Below are positions 12,776 to 26,212 of a stretch of DNA of 64,000 nucleotides, in pieces. The first letter of the stretch is position 1; every line of letters begins with the position of its first letter. The notes beneath the pieces are model-generated. The model saw only the letters and a list, made by a program, of their open reading frames with translations. It had not been told where the DNA came from and did not search any database. Source of the stretch: Macrostomum lignano (taxonomy: Eukaryota); NCBI GenBank assembly GCA_002269645.1, contig NIVC01002854.1:9248-73247 (forward strand), written 5' to 3'. The translations under genes were made by a program, and so were the position numbers.

Positions 12776-13740
12776 CGCTAGATGATAAACCAATGATTAT
12801 TGCACTTGATAAACTAAGGATTATTGCACTTGATAAACCAAGGATTACTGCACTTGATAAACCAAAGATTACTGCACTTGATAAACCAAGGATTATTGCA
12901 CTTGATAAACCAAGGATTACTGCACTTAATAAACTAAGGATTATTGCACTTGATTAACTAAAGATTACTGCACTTGATAAAACAAGGATTACTGCGCTTG
13001 ATAAACCAAGGTTTATTGCACTTGATAAACCCAGGATTATTGCTCTTGATAAACCAAGGATTACTGCACTTGATAAACTAAAGATTACTGCAGTTGATAA
13101 ACCAAGGATTATTGCACTTGATAAGCCAAGGATTACTGCACTCAATAAACTAAGGATTATTGCACTTGATAAACCAAGGAATACTGCACTTGATAAAACA
13201 AGGATTACTGCGCTTGATAAACCAAGGTTTATTGCACTTGATAAACCCAGGATTATTGCTCTTGATAAACCAAGGATTACTGCACTTGATAAACTAAAGA
13301 TTACTGCAGTTGATAAACCAAGGATTATTGCACTTGATAAGCCAAGGATTACTGCACTCAATAAACTAAGGATTATTGCACTTGATAAACCAAGGAATAC
13401 TGCACTTTATAAAACAAGGATTATTGCACTTAATAAGCCAAGGATTATTGTACTTGATAAACCAATGATTATTGCACTTGATAAGCCAAGGATTGCAGCA
13501 CTTGATAAACCCAAGATTATTGCACTTGATAAGCCAAGGATTATTGCACTTGATAGCCAAGGATTATTGCAATTGGTAAGCCAAGGATTATTGCACTTGA
13601 TAGCCAAGGATTATTGCAATTGGTAAGCCAAGGATTATTGCACTTGATAGCCAAGGATTATTGCAATTGGTAAGCCAAGGATTATTGCACTTGATAGCCA
13701 AGGATTATTGCAATTGGTAAGCCACGGATTGTTGCACTAG
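12776..13740. repeat. 24-bp minisatellite (GATTATTGCACTTGATAAACCAAG) with a 216-bp higher-order repeat
   Basis: About 40 tandem units; variant blocks recur at a 216-bp offset (13021 vs 13237); the 3' part alternates 23- and 24-bp units. Confidence 0.95.
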
Positions 13741-13854
13741 CTGAGAAATCGATTTTTGCACTGGATGAGTAAAGTATTATTGCACTAGATGAGAACAAGA
13801 TTATTGCACTACCTGAGAAAGTGATTATTGCATTTGCAGAAGAAATATTTGCAC

Positions 13855-14345
13855 TAGCTACTTGCTATCTGGGGGATGCTTGCTATCTAGAGTATGCTTG
13901 CTATTGTATCTGGGGGGGTCCTTATTATTGGGGGATGCTTGCTCTCGAGGTACTTGCTGTTTAGGAGAGAGGGTACTAGCTATGTGTATCTATATATAAA
14001 GGATTCTTTCTATCAAGGGATGCTTGCTATCTATGTAGTAGGTGCTTGCTATCTGGGGGATGCTTGCTATCTATGTGGGGGGGGGCGCTTGCTATCTAGG
14101 GGATGCTTGCTATCTTCAGGATGCTTGGTATCTTGCTATCTGGTGGATGCTTGCTATATGGGGATGCTTGCTATCTAGGTAGATGCTTGGTATTTAGGAG
14201 GATGCTTGCTATCTGGGGGATGCTAGCTATCTGGGGGATGCTTGCTATCTAGGGGATGCTTGCTATCTGGGGGATGCTTGTTATCTGGGTAGATGCTTGC
14301 TATCTGGGGGATGCTTGCTATATTGGGGATGTTTTCTATTTAGGG
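13855..14345. repeat. ~19-bp minisatellite (GGGGATGCTTGCTATCT-type)
   Basis: Repeated GATGCTTGCTATCT(G/A)GGG units. Confidence 0.9.
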
Positions 14346-15527
14346 GGAATGTCTATTATCTTTGTGAAAGCTTTATTATTAGTCCCGAAGGGGGGCACTA
14401 GATTGCTAGTTTTATCTAATTTTCTAGGAGAGGAACAATGCAAGCAAGAAAATAAATGAAAATTATATTTAAATAGCATTGGTTCTTAGACAATATTGAT
14501 TAAACAAAAGTTCATAGAAAAAATATATAATTCTAGGGCTTAACTTGACTGTCTTTATTTGTAGCATAAAAAAGAAATTTTTTAGCTTGCTAGGGTGAAG
14601 TAAAATTCAAGGTTTTTAAAATATATAGGAAAATGTTAATTTCTACAAATTTTAAGTAAGAAAGAATGAATTTTTTATATCTGTCAAAGCAGTGTTCTTG
14701 TACGATACAAAATCCCACTGGTTAGCCACCAAGTTGTCAAAGGGCTAACCTTCTAACTTTATAAATAATTCCACAATGTCACCAAAATTGTCATAGGATC
14801 TTAGAATAAGTCTGAGAAATGTTTTTTAGAATTAGTCTGAGTATTTATTCTGAGTATAAGTCCGAGTATTATTCTTAGTATTATTCTTAGTATACAAGTT
14901 GCATTCTACTGTTATTATGGTAGTGTTCTACTATTATTCTGGCCTGAGCGGTGTATTAGCTTACTGGTAGATGTATTGCATGTACTTCCAATCCTGGGCA
15001 TTACCGAGATAAGAGGGTCACAGCCTCCAGTTATTCTTTCATATATCAATTTAGGATCTACTTCATAGTCTCTTACTACTTCCACTTCTCAGTAGTATAT
15101 ACTGTATGTGTTCTCTCCCACTTCACTTCTCTTCTGAAAATGAATAACTCGGAAAACAATCTTCAATAATGTTTACTTGAAACTCTTACTATTTGATACT
15201 GGCTTTCTTTCTTAAGGAACCGCGATGCGCGAGGTTGGTCTCTCCTCCACCAAAAACGCTTCTATTTATACTAAAATTTACTGCTAGTTTAAACAAAAAT
15301 TAGTTCGTGTAAAATATGAAAAATATGTGTATTATAACAAATGTGTTTTCCTAGATTCGGCACGCATTCAAAATGAGTTATACAATTATCAATTTTGTAA
15401 GAATCGGGAGGGGCCCTGCACATATCTCATTTGCAAAAAAATTTAATGGGTCCACAGTGAAATATAAATGAAACTAATTAACATATTTTGATATTAAATT
15501 AAATGTAACTCTTAAGATTTATCATTG

Positions 15528-15699
15528 CATGCTTGGGTGCAACCTAGGGATTCACCTGGCTGTTTCTATTGGCAACACACACATGTAAGTCGCTATTGGA
15601 TGGAATAGTAGTCACGTGACTGCTCTCAGCCAATAGCAACTTACATGTGTGTGTTGCCAATAGAAATGGCTGGGTGAATCCCAAGGTTGCGCATGTATG
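15528..15699. mobile_element. 172-bp fold-back MITE, copy 2 (8-bp TSD; P- or hAT-type)
   Basis: Same family as 1601-1772; CAT...ATG termini; perfect 8-bp TSD TATCATTG (15520-15527 and 15700-15707). Confidence 0.85.
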
Positions 15700-15898
15700 T
15701 ATCATTGTGAATAATAATATTATATATGAAAACCCTAAAAAAGGGTTTTCACTCTTCTAAAACAGCACCCAAAGTTGTCATAGATGTATATTTCTTAGTA
15801 TAATTATTTGTTTATAATTATATTGTATTTACATTTGAATCTATATATAATATTTTCTCATTAAATTTGAAATTTGTGATTCAATCTTCAGGCTTGCA

Positions 15899-18800
15899 AT
15901 GACTATAGGATACCCAAATGGAGCAGGTGATGACAGTGGCAACACCAATCAGTTTTACAGCCAGTATGAGCCTAAGGAAGTACTTGGCCAGTAAGTATCT
16001 TTAATTATATTTATTTTGGATTATTTATTTACAAAAGTGGCAAATATACACACTAAATGAAGCCATTGCTTGACTCCTACCTCACAATTCCAGTGGCCTC
16101 AGTAGTGTGGTGCGAAAGTGCGTGGAAAAATCCACCAAGAAGGAATTTGCTGTAAAGGTTATCGACCTAAACAACTTGGATGCTAATAGCGAGGATGCGA
16201 GGGCTGACGCCATGAAGGAGCTCGAAGTTCTTCGCAAAGTCCAAGGCCACCCCAACATTATCCTGCTCCATGGCTACTTCGAAACAGCTGCATATGTGTT
16301 CTTCGTGTTCGAAATGTAAGTTTTTTGGTATTTATATGCACTAACTCATGCGCTTGTTCGCTTAGGTGTGGATCTAAATACATCAATTATACGAAAGAGT
16401 GTAGAAAAATGCGGATTCAATAACACAGCGGCCCCCTATTGGAACTTTTGATAGCTGTCCTAACGGCGAGCTGTTCGAGCACCTGAACAAGGTGGTTCGG
16501 CTGTCCGAGAAGCGAACCCGAGCGGTGATGCAGCAGCTGCTGGATGCCTTGCAGTTCTTGCATAGACGTAGCATTGTGCACAGGGACATCAAGGCTGAGA
16601 ACATCCTGCTCGACGAAGCCATGAACATCAAGCTGACAGACTTCGGCTTTGCCACCGAGGTAGAAGACGACGAGAGCCTCACGGACCTGTGCGGCACTCC
16701 CAGCTACCTCAGTCCAGAGATTCTCATTGTGAACATGTACGAGAGATACGAGCGGACTTCCGTGCATGGATACGGCAGGTGAGGCGTCTCAGAATTTTTA
16801 CTGCACCCGACGGAGAGCCATTGGTCTGTGAGGGCAAAATCGTAACAAAAATAGTAGATAAATAAAGCTTAACATCGACATTGAATGCAAAAAACCAACG
16901 CGTCTTAACACACACGGGCTGTCGTAAGGGTATATTTGATCGCTGAAACACACGAAAACTCTATCTATTATAAACGATAAAGCTGCCCCCCCCTATTTCG
17001 TGAGTCTTCGTGTGTTGGAACTGTAATTTGATTCTTCATTTTCCCAGCCATACTGCAGGATCGACTGAAACGATTTTACAATGAGGCCATTTCTCTATCT
17101 AAACTACTTCGCTGTTCCTCAATCAGGAGGTCATTCCAATTACCTCCTCAATCCGCAGGGCGGTGGATATGTGGGCCTCGGGCGTGCTCATGTACACCAT
17201 GCTCAGCGGATCGCCACCCTTCTGGCACCGCAAGCAGATGACCATGTTGCGGCTCATCATGGAGGGCCGCTTCAGCTTCGATTCTCCAGAGTGGGAAGAG
17301 ATCTCGGACGCTGCAAAGGACCTCATTCGCAGGCTGCTCAGGGTGGACTCAAAGCAAAGACCAACTGCTGCTGAGGCACTGCAGCACCAGTTTTTTGCCC
17401 GGCAGGTGAGGCTATTGTGTTGATAGTTGTTCCGTTTATGCCATTCGCTCATTTCTATTATTGCGTTAGTGAAACAATAATGTCTCAGCCATCAATGCCG
17501 TTTTTGTTTTCATGAGCGTATTTTTGTTATATCCACTTTGCATCTTATTTCCTTAGGTATTTTTTTGAAATCAGAAAAGCAAATAATCTTTGGCGAATAG
17601 CTAAGACAAAAATCAAATATTTTTTGTTTTCCGCACTTAAAGTTTGCAACCTATTCCCATCTCCACGTTTTAAGATAGACGCAAGCCTTCCCAGTGGAGT
17701 TCGTAGCCAGGTAACTACCAGAATATTGCAGTCAAATGCGCAGGTAGCATACAAATTGCCCGAGCTACCGGTTTGCTGTTCTGCTAGTTTCTAGTTTACA
17801 TGCACCTGCCTGATTACTTAGATGCATTGTTGTTCTTTTGAATCCCGTTCAATTGGTGTCAGCAGTAACGAGTGCAGTGCATTCAGTTTTTCAACATGTG
17901 GCATCAGCAACTGTCACTCTGGATTGGCGATTTTTCATTCACATTCGATTTTCGCGAATCGCACCAGCAGTAAATTGAAATCAGAGTACCTGCTATTAGT
18001 AAAAAAAAATTGCATTTGCACCTGCTAATTATTTAGTAAACTCGTTCGATGCACCGAATTCAGAAAGCTCACGAACCGACAGCACGTTCGTTTGAAGCAT
18101 TTCCACCATTGATTCTTGATTCGGCGCACTTTCCTTGTCCTGACAGTGTTGATATAGTTTCGCCCTTCTATATAATTTTAAGGAATCTAAAAGTGACAAG
18201 CACGAAGCACCATAGTACGACGGCTCGTAGCTCAAGATTGCTCTTTGTTGCCTATTCAACAAGCTATTTCCAGTGCTGCACCAAATCACAGTATTTTCTG
18301 TATTTCAGTGTAAAAAGCCTTTTAACCATTTGTAGTTGTTTCATCACACACATAGGCACCCCGGATTGCTATAGTGATAATTTATAGTTTGTTATTATCA
18401 TTCCCTACCTCCACAGGAAGCCCTTTTCGAATTTTATCTGCATACCATCGTCTCTCTCGGTACCCAGCACCTTTGGTGTAAGTGCACTTGTCTGACTAGC
18501 TTTCTTCTCGGGCCCATCGACTCCTGCACTTTGAGTCTATACTCAACCACTAAGACCCGCCCTTCTTTTTTATATCGATTTCATTCTTAGACTAAGGATT
18601 ACAGACTGCTCTTTTATTTTCCACCAATCCCATTCATAGGCTAAGGATTACAGACCTGCCCTTCTATTTTCCACCAATCCCATTCATTGGCTAAGTGTTA
18701 CAGACCTGCCCTTCTATTTTCCACCAATCCCATTCATTGGCTAAGGATTACAGACCTGCCCTTCTATTTTCCACCAATCCCATTCATTGGCTAAGGATTA

Positions 18801-19676
18801 CAGACCTGCTCTTTTATTTTCCACCAATCCCATTCATAGGCTAAGGATTACAGACCTGCTCTTTTATTTTCCACCAATCCCATTCATTGGCTAAGGGTTA
18901 CAGACCTGCCCTTCTATTTTCCACCTGTCCCATTCATAGGCTAAGGATTACAGACCTGCCCTTCTATTTTCCACCTGTCCCATTCATAGGCTAAGGATTA
19001 CAGACCTGCCCTTCTATTTTCCACCAATCCCATTCATAGGCTAAGGATAACAGACCTACCCTTCTATTTTCCACCAATCCCATTCATAGGCTAAGGGTTA
19101 CAGACCTGCCCTTCTATTTTCCACCGGTCCCATTCATTGGCTAAGTGTTACAGACCTGCCCTTCTATTTTCCACCTGTCCCATTCATTGGCTAAGGGTTA
19201 CAGACCTGCCCTTCTATTTTCCACCTGTCCCATTCATAGGCTAAGGATTACAGACCTGCCCTTCTATTTTCCACCTGTCCCATTCATAGGCTAAGGATTA
19301 CAGACCTGCCCCTCTTTGCAAGCTGACCACCCGAGATTGTGCTAAATCCCTGATCACCTAAGTAAAGCCAGCTATCCCCGCCTTGGTCATCAAGGAGCTT
19401 CCACGCCTGTCGTTTGACCCGCGCAGCCGGTTCCGCTCCGCCATCCTGGCCGTCCGCTGCTTGTGTCGCCTCAGCCGTCTGCACTCGGCGCCCAGTCGGC
19501 TGGACATTCGGCGCCTTCGCTCGGATCCGTACAGCGTGCGCGCCATGCGGCGCTTGATCGACAGCACGGCGTTCCTGGTTTATAATCACTGGGTGAAGAA
19601 GGCGGAGGATCAGAACCGGGCGGCGCTATTCGAGAACTCGCCCAAAATGGACCTGCTCGAGTCCGTGCGAGAGTGA
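15899..19676 (+). CDS. PHKG: Phosphorylase b kinase gamma catalytic subunit; exons 15899-15990, 16094-16315, 16455-16778, 17159-17405, possibly 18417-18477, and a last exon starting at 19363, 19372 or ~19395 and ending at 19676
   Basis: YEPKEVLGHGLSSVVRKC, HRDIKAEN, DFG, LCGTPSYLSPE, PFWHRKQMTML, DPY...RRLID...HWVKK..QNRAALFEN are typical of PhK-gamma; GT-AG phases are consistent for exons 1-4. Confidence 0.95.
18592..19311. repeat. 50-bp intronic minisatellite (~14 copies)
   Basis: Unit GGCTAAGGATTACAGACCTGCCCTTCTATTTTCCACCAATCCCATTCATA in head-to-tail tandem, no spacers. Confidence 0.95.
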
Positions 19677-21169
19677 GGCCTGGACTTGCTGGCTGGCTCG
19701 GCGATCAGCTTTTCTGTAATAGCTCCACTAACTTCCTCTTTCGTATTTTGCTGCTCGGCCATAAACCAGGCTTTCAAATATTGTGTGTCTCTAAGTACCT
19801 TACCTATCTGACTTGCCTACAATTCCCGAGCAATCTTTTGCTTCACTGCCTTGTTTTATAAATTCCGCTATCGGCTCAAATGCCTTGGTCAGCTCTCGGG
19901 CGCTCCGCACCGCCGCTGTTCACTTGAAGATTCCAGATAGATTTGCTAGCCTATATTTAAGCTGCAGACTAAAGCTCGTGTCCATGCCGATGCAATCACG
20001 TGATACAGGCTGCTCTCTGCACTGTTTTGCTTAACTTTTGGTCGCTTTTTGAGACGTGATCAAAAACTATATGAACAATAGTTGATCATTTGAATTGGGA
20101 ACCCTGTTTTAGGTCTGCGCGCTCATTCTAATTTGGTGTACACTGTCTGTCACCTGTGTTCTTTGTAGTCTTTTCCGTACAAATCCTAACTGTCTTCTTA
20201 TGCTTCGTTCCGTGGACTTTTAAAATCTAGATTTTTATGCGCTTCAACCTACGAGTACATGAAATCAGCGATCAATAAAAATTAATGCTGTTCTGGAAAA
20301 TGCCCATCGTCGTGGCTTCATTTTAATTGTTATAATTTTTAGGTAGCTAACTTATCATGTGATGCATAACTAACGTAAATAATATAATTAACTACTTAAA
20401 ATTCTGTTGCCAGCATTGAAGCTTAGTTGGCAAAAGTATACAGACGCTTTCAATAAAATCTTGCCGGTTTTATTTTATCGTCAGTAATGTTAATATTTTG
20501 CGTTTTATCTCGGGTTAAACTCCAAAAGACAAACGCAGAGCAAAAGCAAGTGGCACAAAAGACCGACACACCCGGTCCAGAAAGGAGAAGTGAAGCCCTT
20601 AAGCGACGAAGTCTATTATTGTTGAAATAAAAAATATAAAAATATATATTGCCAAAGGCCGCGACGCGAGACTAAATAGCAGAGTGGAAGGGGAGGCGGC
20701 CCTAAGCCCGCAGGTCACCCGCACCCAACCAACTCACCAAAGCGAGGTCAGGCCGGCGCGGGATGTTTAAAACCAGCTAAAGTCAGATACCTGCCTCAAA
20801 CTGACGTAGTCTGACGTACTTCTTTGCGATGTACATGTACGAGCTAGAATAATAGCTACATGTACTAGTAAGAGCGATAGGAGCCAATGCGTGAACGGAC
20901 GCTCCATTCTCAATCTGGAAGTTCATCGAACTTGAGCCATGCGCCAACAACATTTGTGCACGAATCTTTCTTGGAAGACTTGCTTTTGCTGAGTACTCCT
21001 ATTTAGAATTCGAACCTATGATTGGAATCAGAATTATGTTGACCGAGAATGCGAGTATAACCTGCCTAAAATCTCTTTCGAAAAACCTAGTACTTCTACT
21101 TGTAGACTAGATTATGTACTAGCTACTTACTGGTACTACCAGGAAACTTCAACTCAGCGAAACTGGAGA

Positions 21170-21575
21170 ATGCTTGAGAGACTGAGGATGACCAGCAGTT
21201 GAAGTTTTACATTATTGATGCTTGGTGAGAGATATCAAAGAAACTCGCAGCATGGTGTCCCTATAGTCCACCTGGTGTCATCTGTTGAATGTGCCGACGG
21301 CGACGGATCGGGGATGACGGAATGCTTGAAAGTAGAAGAGGAAGTCCAAAGTTTGAGGTTTGCCCCACTGTCGAGGCTTGATCAGCGAAACTAGCGAAAT
21401 TCGCAACATAATGGTGTCCATAGTCACTTCGTGCCATCTGTTGAAGGTCCAGAAGCTCCGCCTGGGTGCAGAAGGCCAGTGACCAACAAAGTCAGAGCTA
21501 AATGCAGACACATGTCGTCGACGTGCTGATGAAGTTACTCGTAGGAGGCTTCGCAAGGCTGGCACTGAGTTAATG
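21170..21575. repeat. Second locus of the ~140-bp-unit repeat family
   Basis: Shares TGTCGAGGCTTGATCAGCGAAACTAG and TGTTGAAGGTCCAGAAGCTCCGCCTGGGTG with 1466-1563. Confidence 0.75.
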
Positions 21576-21796
21576 ACATGCATTATGATATTGTGCCTTC
21601 ATATGGGTGTCTGTTTAAAGTAAATTGTCTTATTCCCCACTTGGTCGCTTGAATAAGTTTATATGTATTTCAGCGCCAGAATGATTTTTCTGTGAGATTT
21701 TACCATAGATATCCATTCCTGCACAAAAGCGTGCAAGAATGAATGCTGAATTGTCTGAATTGTCTGAATTGAATTTCCGCTAGTTTTTTAGAACTG

Positions 21797-22244
21797 GGGC
21801 CCGTGCTATAGAATACTCTTAACTCCTAAATCCTTAAGAGTGTCCTAACTCCTAGCTCCTAGCTGGCTTTTCTGTGCTATAGAATCAAGAGTAAATTTTA
21901 AGATCTAGGAGGCTCCTTAAGGACGTTAGGAGACTCCTGGGTGAATTTAGGAGAACTCATTAAGGTCCGTGGCATTCTTTCCTTAAATGATTGCGCAACA
22001 CTCCTTGAACACACCCCCACTCCTAGGCTGCACTCCTTGCAAGAACTCCTAGCTCCTAACTCTTAACTCCTGAAATCAATAGCACACAAAATTCAATCAC
22101 TCCTTGTCAAGAGTACTCTTGAGTCCTAGCTCCTAACTCCTAACTCCTGAAATCTATAGCACACAAAATTCAATCACTCCTTGTCAAGAGTACTCTTGAG
22201 TCCTAGCTCCTAACTCCTAACTCCTGATTCTATAGCACGGGCCC
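21797..22244. mobile_element. PIF/Harbinger-type MITE
   Basis: 18-bp perfect TIR GGGCCCGTGCTATAGAAT; 3-bp TSD CTG; internal (A/T)CTCCTA repeats and a duplicated block at 22071-22230. Confidence 0.8.
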
Positions 22245-22509
22245 CTGGACTGGATTGAAGAGTAAAGGGTTTTGCTTATTTCATTGTACGTCTGTACTAT
22301 TACTCATCATTTGCCTATTTTACCTGCCCCCCTCCGCGCCTCACGCCACCTTTCTCACCCCCCATTCTGATTGGTAACGTACGAGTACATAGTAATTCAT
22401 GCACATTTACAACCCCCCCTCGCTAAATCCTGTGTCAACCCCGCCTTCTACTTAATAAATTGAGAATAAATATACCTAGCAAGACTAGACTGCGCGTACC
22501 CTTTTGATT

Positions 22510-25500
22510 TGTTGTCTGCTACGATTGTCGATTGCGAGGCTAGCCGCCAAGTGCTGCATTCTCGATTCTTTGGATTCTCTTTTCAACATTTTGGTAGCAG
22601 AGCGTGGTTCAGGTAAATAGCCAGCCACGAATTGAATCACGAATGGCCAGCCACGAATTGAATCACAAATGGCCAGCCACGAATTGAATCACAAATGGCC
22701 AGCCACGAATTGAATCACGAATGGCCAGCCACGAATTGAATCACGAATGGCCAGCCACGAATTGAATCACGAATGGCCAGCCACGAGCAGACTGGCTGCT
22801 CAGAAGATGAAAAAAGAGATCAGCACTGAGGAGCGGCTTCGCATCGAACAGTTTCGACGAGTGAAAGCAAGAACGAAGTCTGCAGCAACTAGAACTCGAA
22901 ACCGGCTGGTACTGTTGCTACAGAGCGACACCGATCATGGAGCGATCCAGCAAGCGTGCGATGCAGCCACTGCAGCACACGAGGAGTGCGTGAAGCTGCT
23001 TGACGCATTCTATGACTAGCTCCTTCAGCAAGAAGCCACAGAAGAAGCTCGAGACAAAGACAAAGGCGGGCCATTCTCAGACTAGCAGCAGTGAAGCCGA
23101 GTTGGCAAAAAGATCTTTGGAAGATGCTTCGGCGTGTAGAGATTCTAAAGTTCGGCGGCGAAAAGCAGCAGTACGAATCTTGGAAAGCCGCCTTCACTGC
23201 TCGTATTGATAGAGCTCCTGCCACACCAGAGTTCAAATTGCTTCAACTCCGACAGTATCTTCAAGGGCCGGCTTTGAAATTATTCGAACATCTGGGTCAC
23301 TCTGCCGCTGCTTACGAGGCTGCAAAAGACAGATTGGAACGCGAATTTAGGGGCAGCCGCCGATGCTCTGTATCTTGAAGAGCTCGATAACTTTCCACTC
23401 ATCCGCTTCACCAATGCAAAAGAGCATAAGCAATTTTCTAATCGGTTAGATGTCGCAGTTGTAAATCTCGAAGAGTCTGGTAAGGTCTCAGAATTGACTG
23501 ACGGGCTATTGACTACGCAAAGTTGCAGAAGAAGCTCCCTGAGCAGATGGTGGCGCGTTACCGACGTTGGCTATTCGAAGGACATAGGCAAGAGAGCGTA
23601 AAGATTTTGCGTGAGTGGGTGCTGATAGAAGCCGCCTTCCAGACAGAAGCCATGTACATGTAGATTGTGCACGGTGTGACGAGTGAAGAGAAGGTTAAGG
23701 AGACGCGGTCCAGAACGTTTCTTGTAGATCATCAGCAAATGTCTCCGTCAAAATCTTGCATGCTGTGTCAAGATCAACATGAGCTGTGGAAGTGTCCAAC
23801 GTTTAGACAGCTGTCAGCTGAAGATCGCTGGAAGGCTGCGCGTGATTCAAAATCGTGCTTTTGCTGCTTAGCTCGCGGTCATGCTGCTCGGATATGCCGT
23901 CATGGACGTCGATGTGAGATTGAGGAATGCAACAAGTTTCACCACCGGGCTTGCTGCATTCTGACGAGGCGGGAAAAACTGAGTCGAAGAGAAATTCGTC
24001 GGCAGAAGGAGTAAAAAAGAGCGCTGAGTCGGGTCGCAAAGGAGCCGCCGTAACGATGATGGCAGGAAGTGGAGGTGCAACGTCGCTGCGAACTGTTCCA
24101 GTGGTTCTCAAGGCAGGCAGCTGTGTTGTGAAAGTGAGCGCACTGTTGGACGACGCGAGTACAAAGACGTATGTGAATGCAGAGATTGTTGAAGCTCTGG
24201 GACTGGAGGGCAATGTGGAGCGAGTGAAAGTGAACGTTTTGAACGGACAGACAGAGAAATTCTTGACAGCTCCGGTTACGATGACGCTCTGATGACGCTC
24301 AGATGGAAGTCTGAGTCGTCCGATCACGGCATTCACGACAGACAGCGTCACCGGGAAGCTGAAGGCCACGGATTGGCAGACGACAGCAGCGGATTGGAAA
24401 CATCTGGAGCATATTCCATTTCCTCAGCTCCATGCGCCGCATCTCATAGACCTGCTGATAGGAGTGGATCATGCGGAGCTACATGTGTCCTACGGAGAAG
24501 TTCGCGGTGGCCCTAAGGAGCCACAGGCACGTTTGACTCCCCTTGGATGGACAGGTGTGGGTCAGGTAGAACAGATTCAGCACCAGACAAACTTGGCCAG
24601 CACCTTTTTCTGTTTCACCAGCGAGGAGATGCTGTCACCAGTGCTACGTAAGTTCCGGGAGGTCGAAGAAATCTGGTCAGCTCAGGACCAAAATTGGACA
24701 GCGGACGAGCAAGCTGCAGTCGAGCAAGCTTCGTTAAAGGTAACTAACGGCCGATACCAGGTGGGAATTCCGTGGAAGCCAGAGGCGAAAGTTCGCTCGA
24801 ATAACTATGAGATAGCTTTGCAACGGCTTTGCAACACAGAGACCCGATTGAAGAAAGATGTGGAGGTGGCAAAGCAATACAAGCATGCCTAGAGCGATAT
24901 GGGCAGCAAGGCTACATTCGGCACGTTGCAGTAGAGGGGTTCTCAGCCAGAAGGTGCTTTCTGCCGCATTTTCCGATCATTCGATTCGACAAGCTGACGA
25001 CAAAGGTTCGCATCGTCTTCGATGCCTCGGCGGGCGGGAACGAAAAGTCCTTAAATTCCCTGGTCTTCCCACGGCCGAAGCTTCAGCGAGAATTGTTTGA
25101 CGTTCTGCTTTGCTTCAGGAGAGATGCGGTGGCTGGGGCTTGTGACATCTCCGAGATGTACCTCCAGATCGAAATGGCACCGGAGGACAGGCCGACGCAT
25201 AGCTTTCTACGGCGTGAGATGGACTCCAGCAAGCCTGTTTAAATTTTTGAGAGCAACCGCATCGTTTTCGGCAACTCGAGCTCGCCGTTTCTTGCTCAGT
25301 TCGTAGTTCGTGAGCATGCGGAACGCCTGAAAGAAGAGCTGCCATTAGCTGCAGACGCTGTTCAACTCCACCTATATGGACGATTGTTTAGATTCGGTCG
25401 GGTCAGAGACTGAGGCGATCCAGCTGTTTCAAGAGTTGAAGACTCGCTGGGAGCGTGCAGTCATGCACCCCAGGAAATGGATGTCCGATTCGCGAGAACT

Positions 25501-26020
25501 GTTGAGCAGAGTGCCACCAGAAGATCGAGTAGCCGAAGTAACATTGGAAGGCACACCGCTGCCATCCATCAAGACGCTTGGTGTAGAATGGAGAAGCGAT
25601 CGGAACAAGTGCACCTTTAAAGTCGACCAGCCGTTTGCTGCGAACCGCATCAGAGAGACCAAGTCTGTCACAGATCCGGACCAGTGGAGGTGTGTCACGA
25701 CCGAATTCCATCCAGCCGATGCGTTGTCTCGAGGAACTTCAGCGAAGCAGCTGACGGAGGTTGACAGCTGGTGGCATGGACAAAGGGTGACTGGTCGGAG
25801 CAGAGTCGTTAGCATGAATGAGGAACGATCGGCGGTCAGACGATTAGACCCGACCATGGCGACCAGGTTCTTGAGCTCAAAGCGGCGCATCTGCATGCAA
25901 GGCGAGACGGCTCGATTCGCGACCATCTGCTGGCTGCCGCGGAGAGACGGGTGCGAGTTGCGAAAGTGCAGCTGGTTGGCAAGGCCTCCACGAGGCCGAT
26001 TGCGAGGCTGCGTCCGCTAA
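22510..26020 (+). mobile_element. Degenerate, internally deleted BEL/Pao LTR retrotransposon (5' boundary uncertain, no 3' LTR found)
   Basis: LTR end ...TTCAACA (22588), then PBS TGGTAGCAGAGCGTGGTT (tRNA-iMet type); gag KFGG...W...KLLQLRQYLQGPA; Cys/His cluster; protease LLDDASTKTYV; RT KVRIVFDAS, DISEMYLQI, YMDD; integrase C-terminus VRVAKV...RPIARLRPL. Confidence 0.9.
22621..22785 (+). repeat. 26-bp tandem repeat in the BEL leader (~6 copies)
   Basis: Unit CCAGCCACGAATTGAATCAC(G/A)AATGG. Confidence 0.9.
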
Positions 26021-26212
26021 TCACGAAAGGAGGCTTGAGAACTGAGTAGTTGAAATTTTTGGCCAAACTTTAATTTATTGAAAAAATTCTGCGATTTAGC
26101 GATCATTTCCTTAACTTCGACTAACCGTTGCATGCGTTTCGATTTCGATGTTTTCAGCTTCAAGCTATTTTGGTGATGGGATAACGCGCTACATTTTTCT
26201 TTTTGTGGCTTT

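Noticed and set aside
12772-13607. Repetitive ORFs (IIALDKPR / SSAIILGL) as a repeat protein
   Set aside because: They are a by-product of a 24-bp tandem unit; frames break where units are 23 bp; no splice or start context.
18592-19311. CRISPR-like array
   Set aside because: Head-to-tail 50-bp units with no unique spacers, inside a eukaryotic intron; no cas genes.
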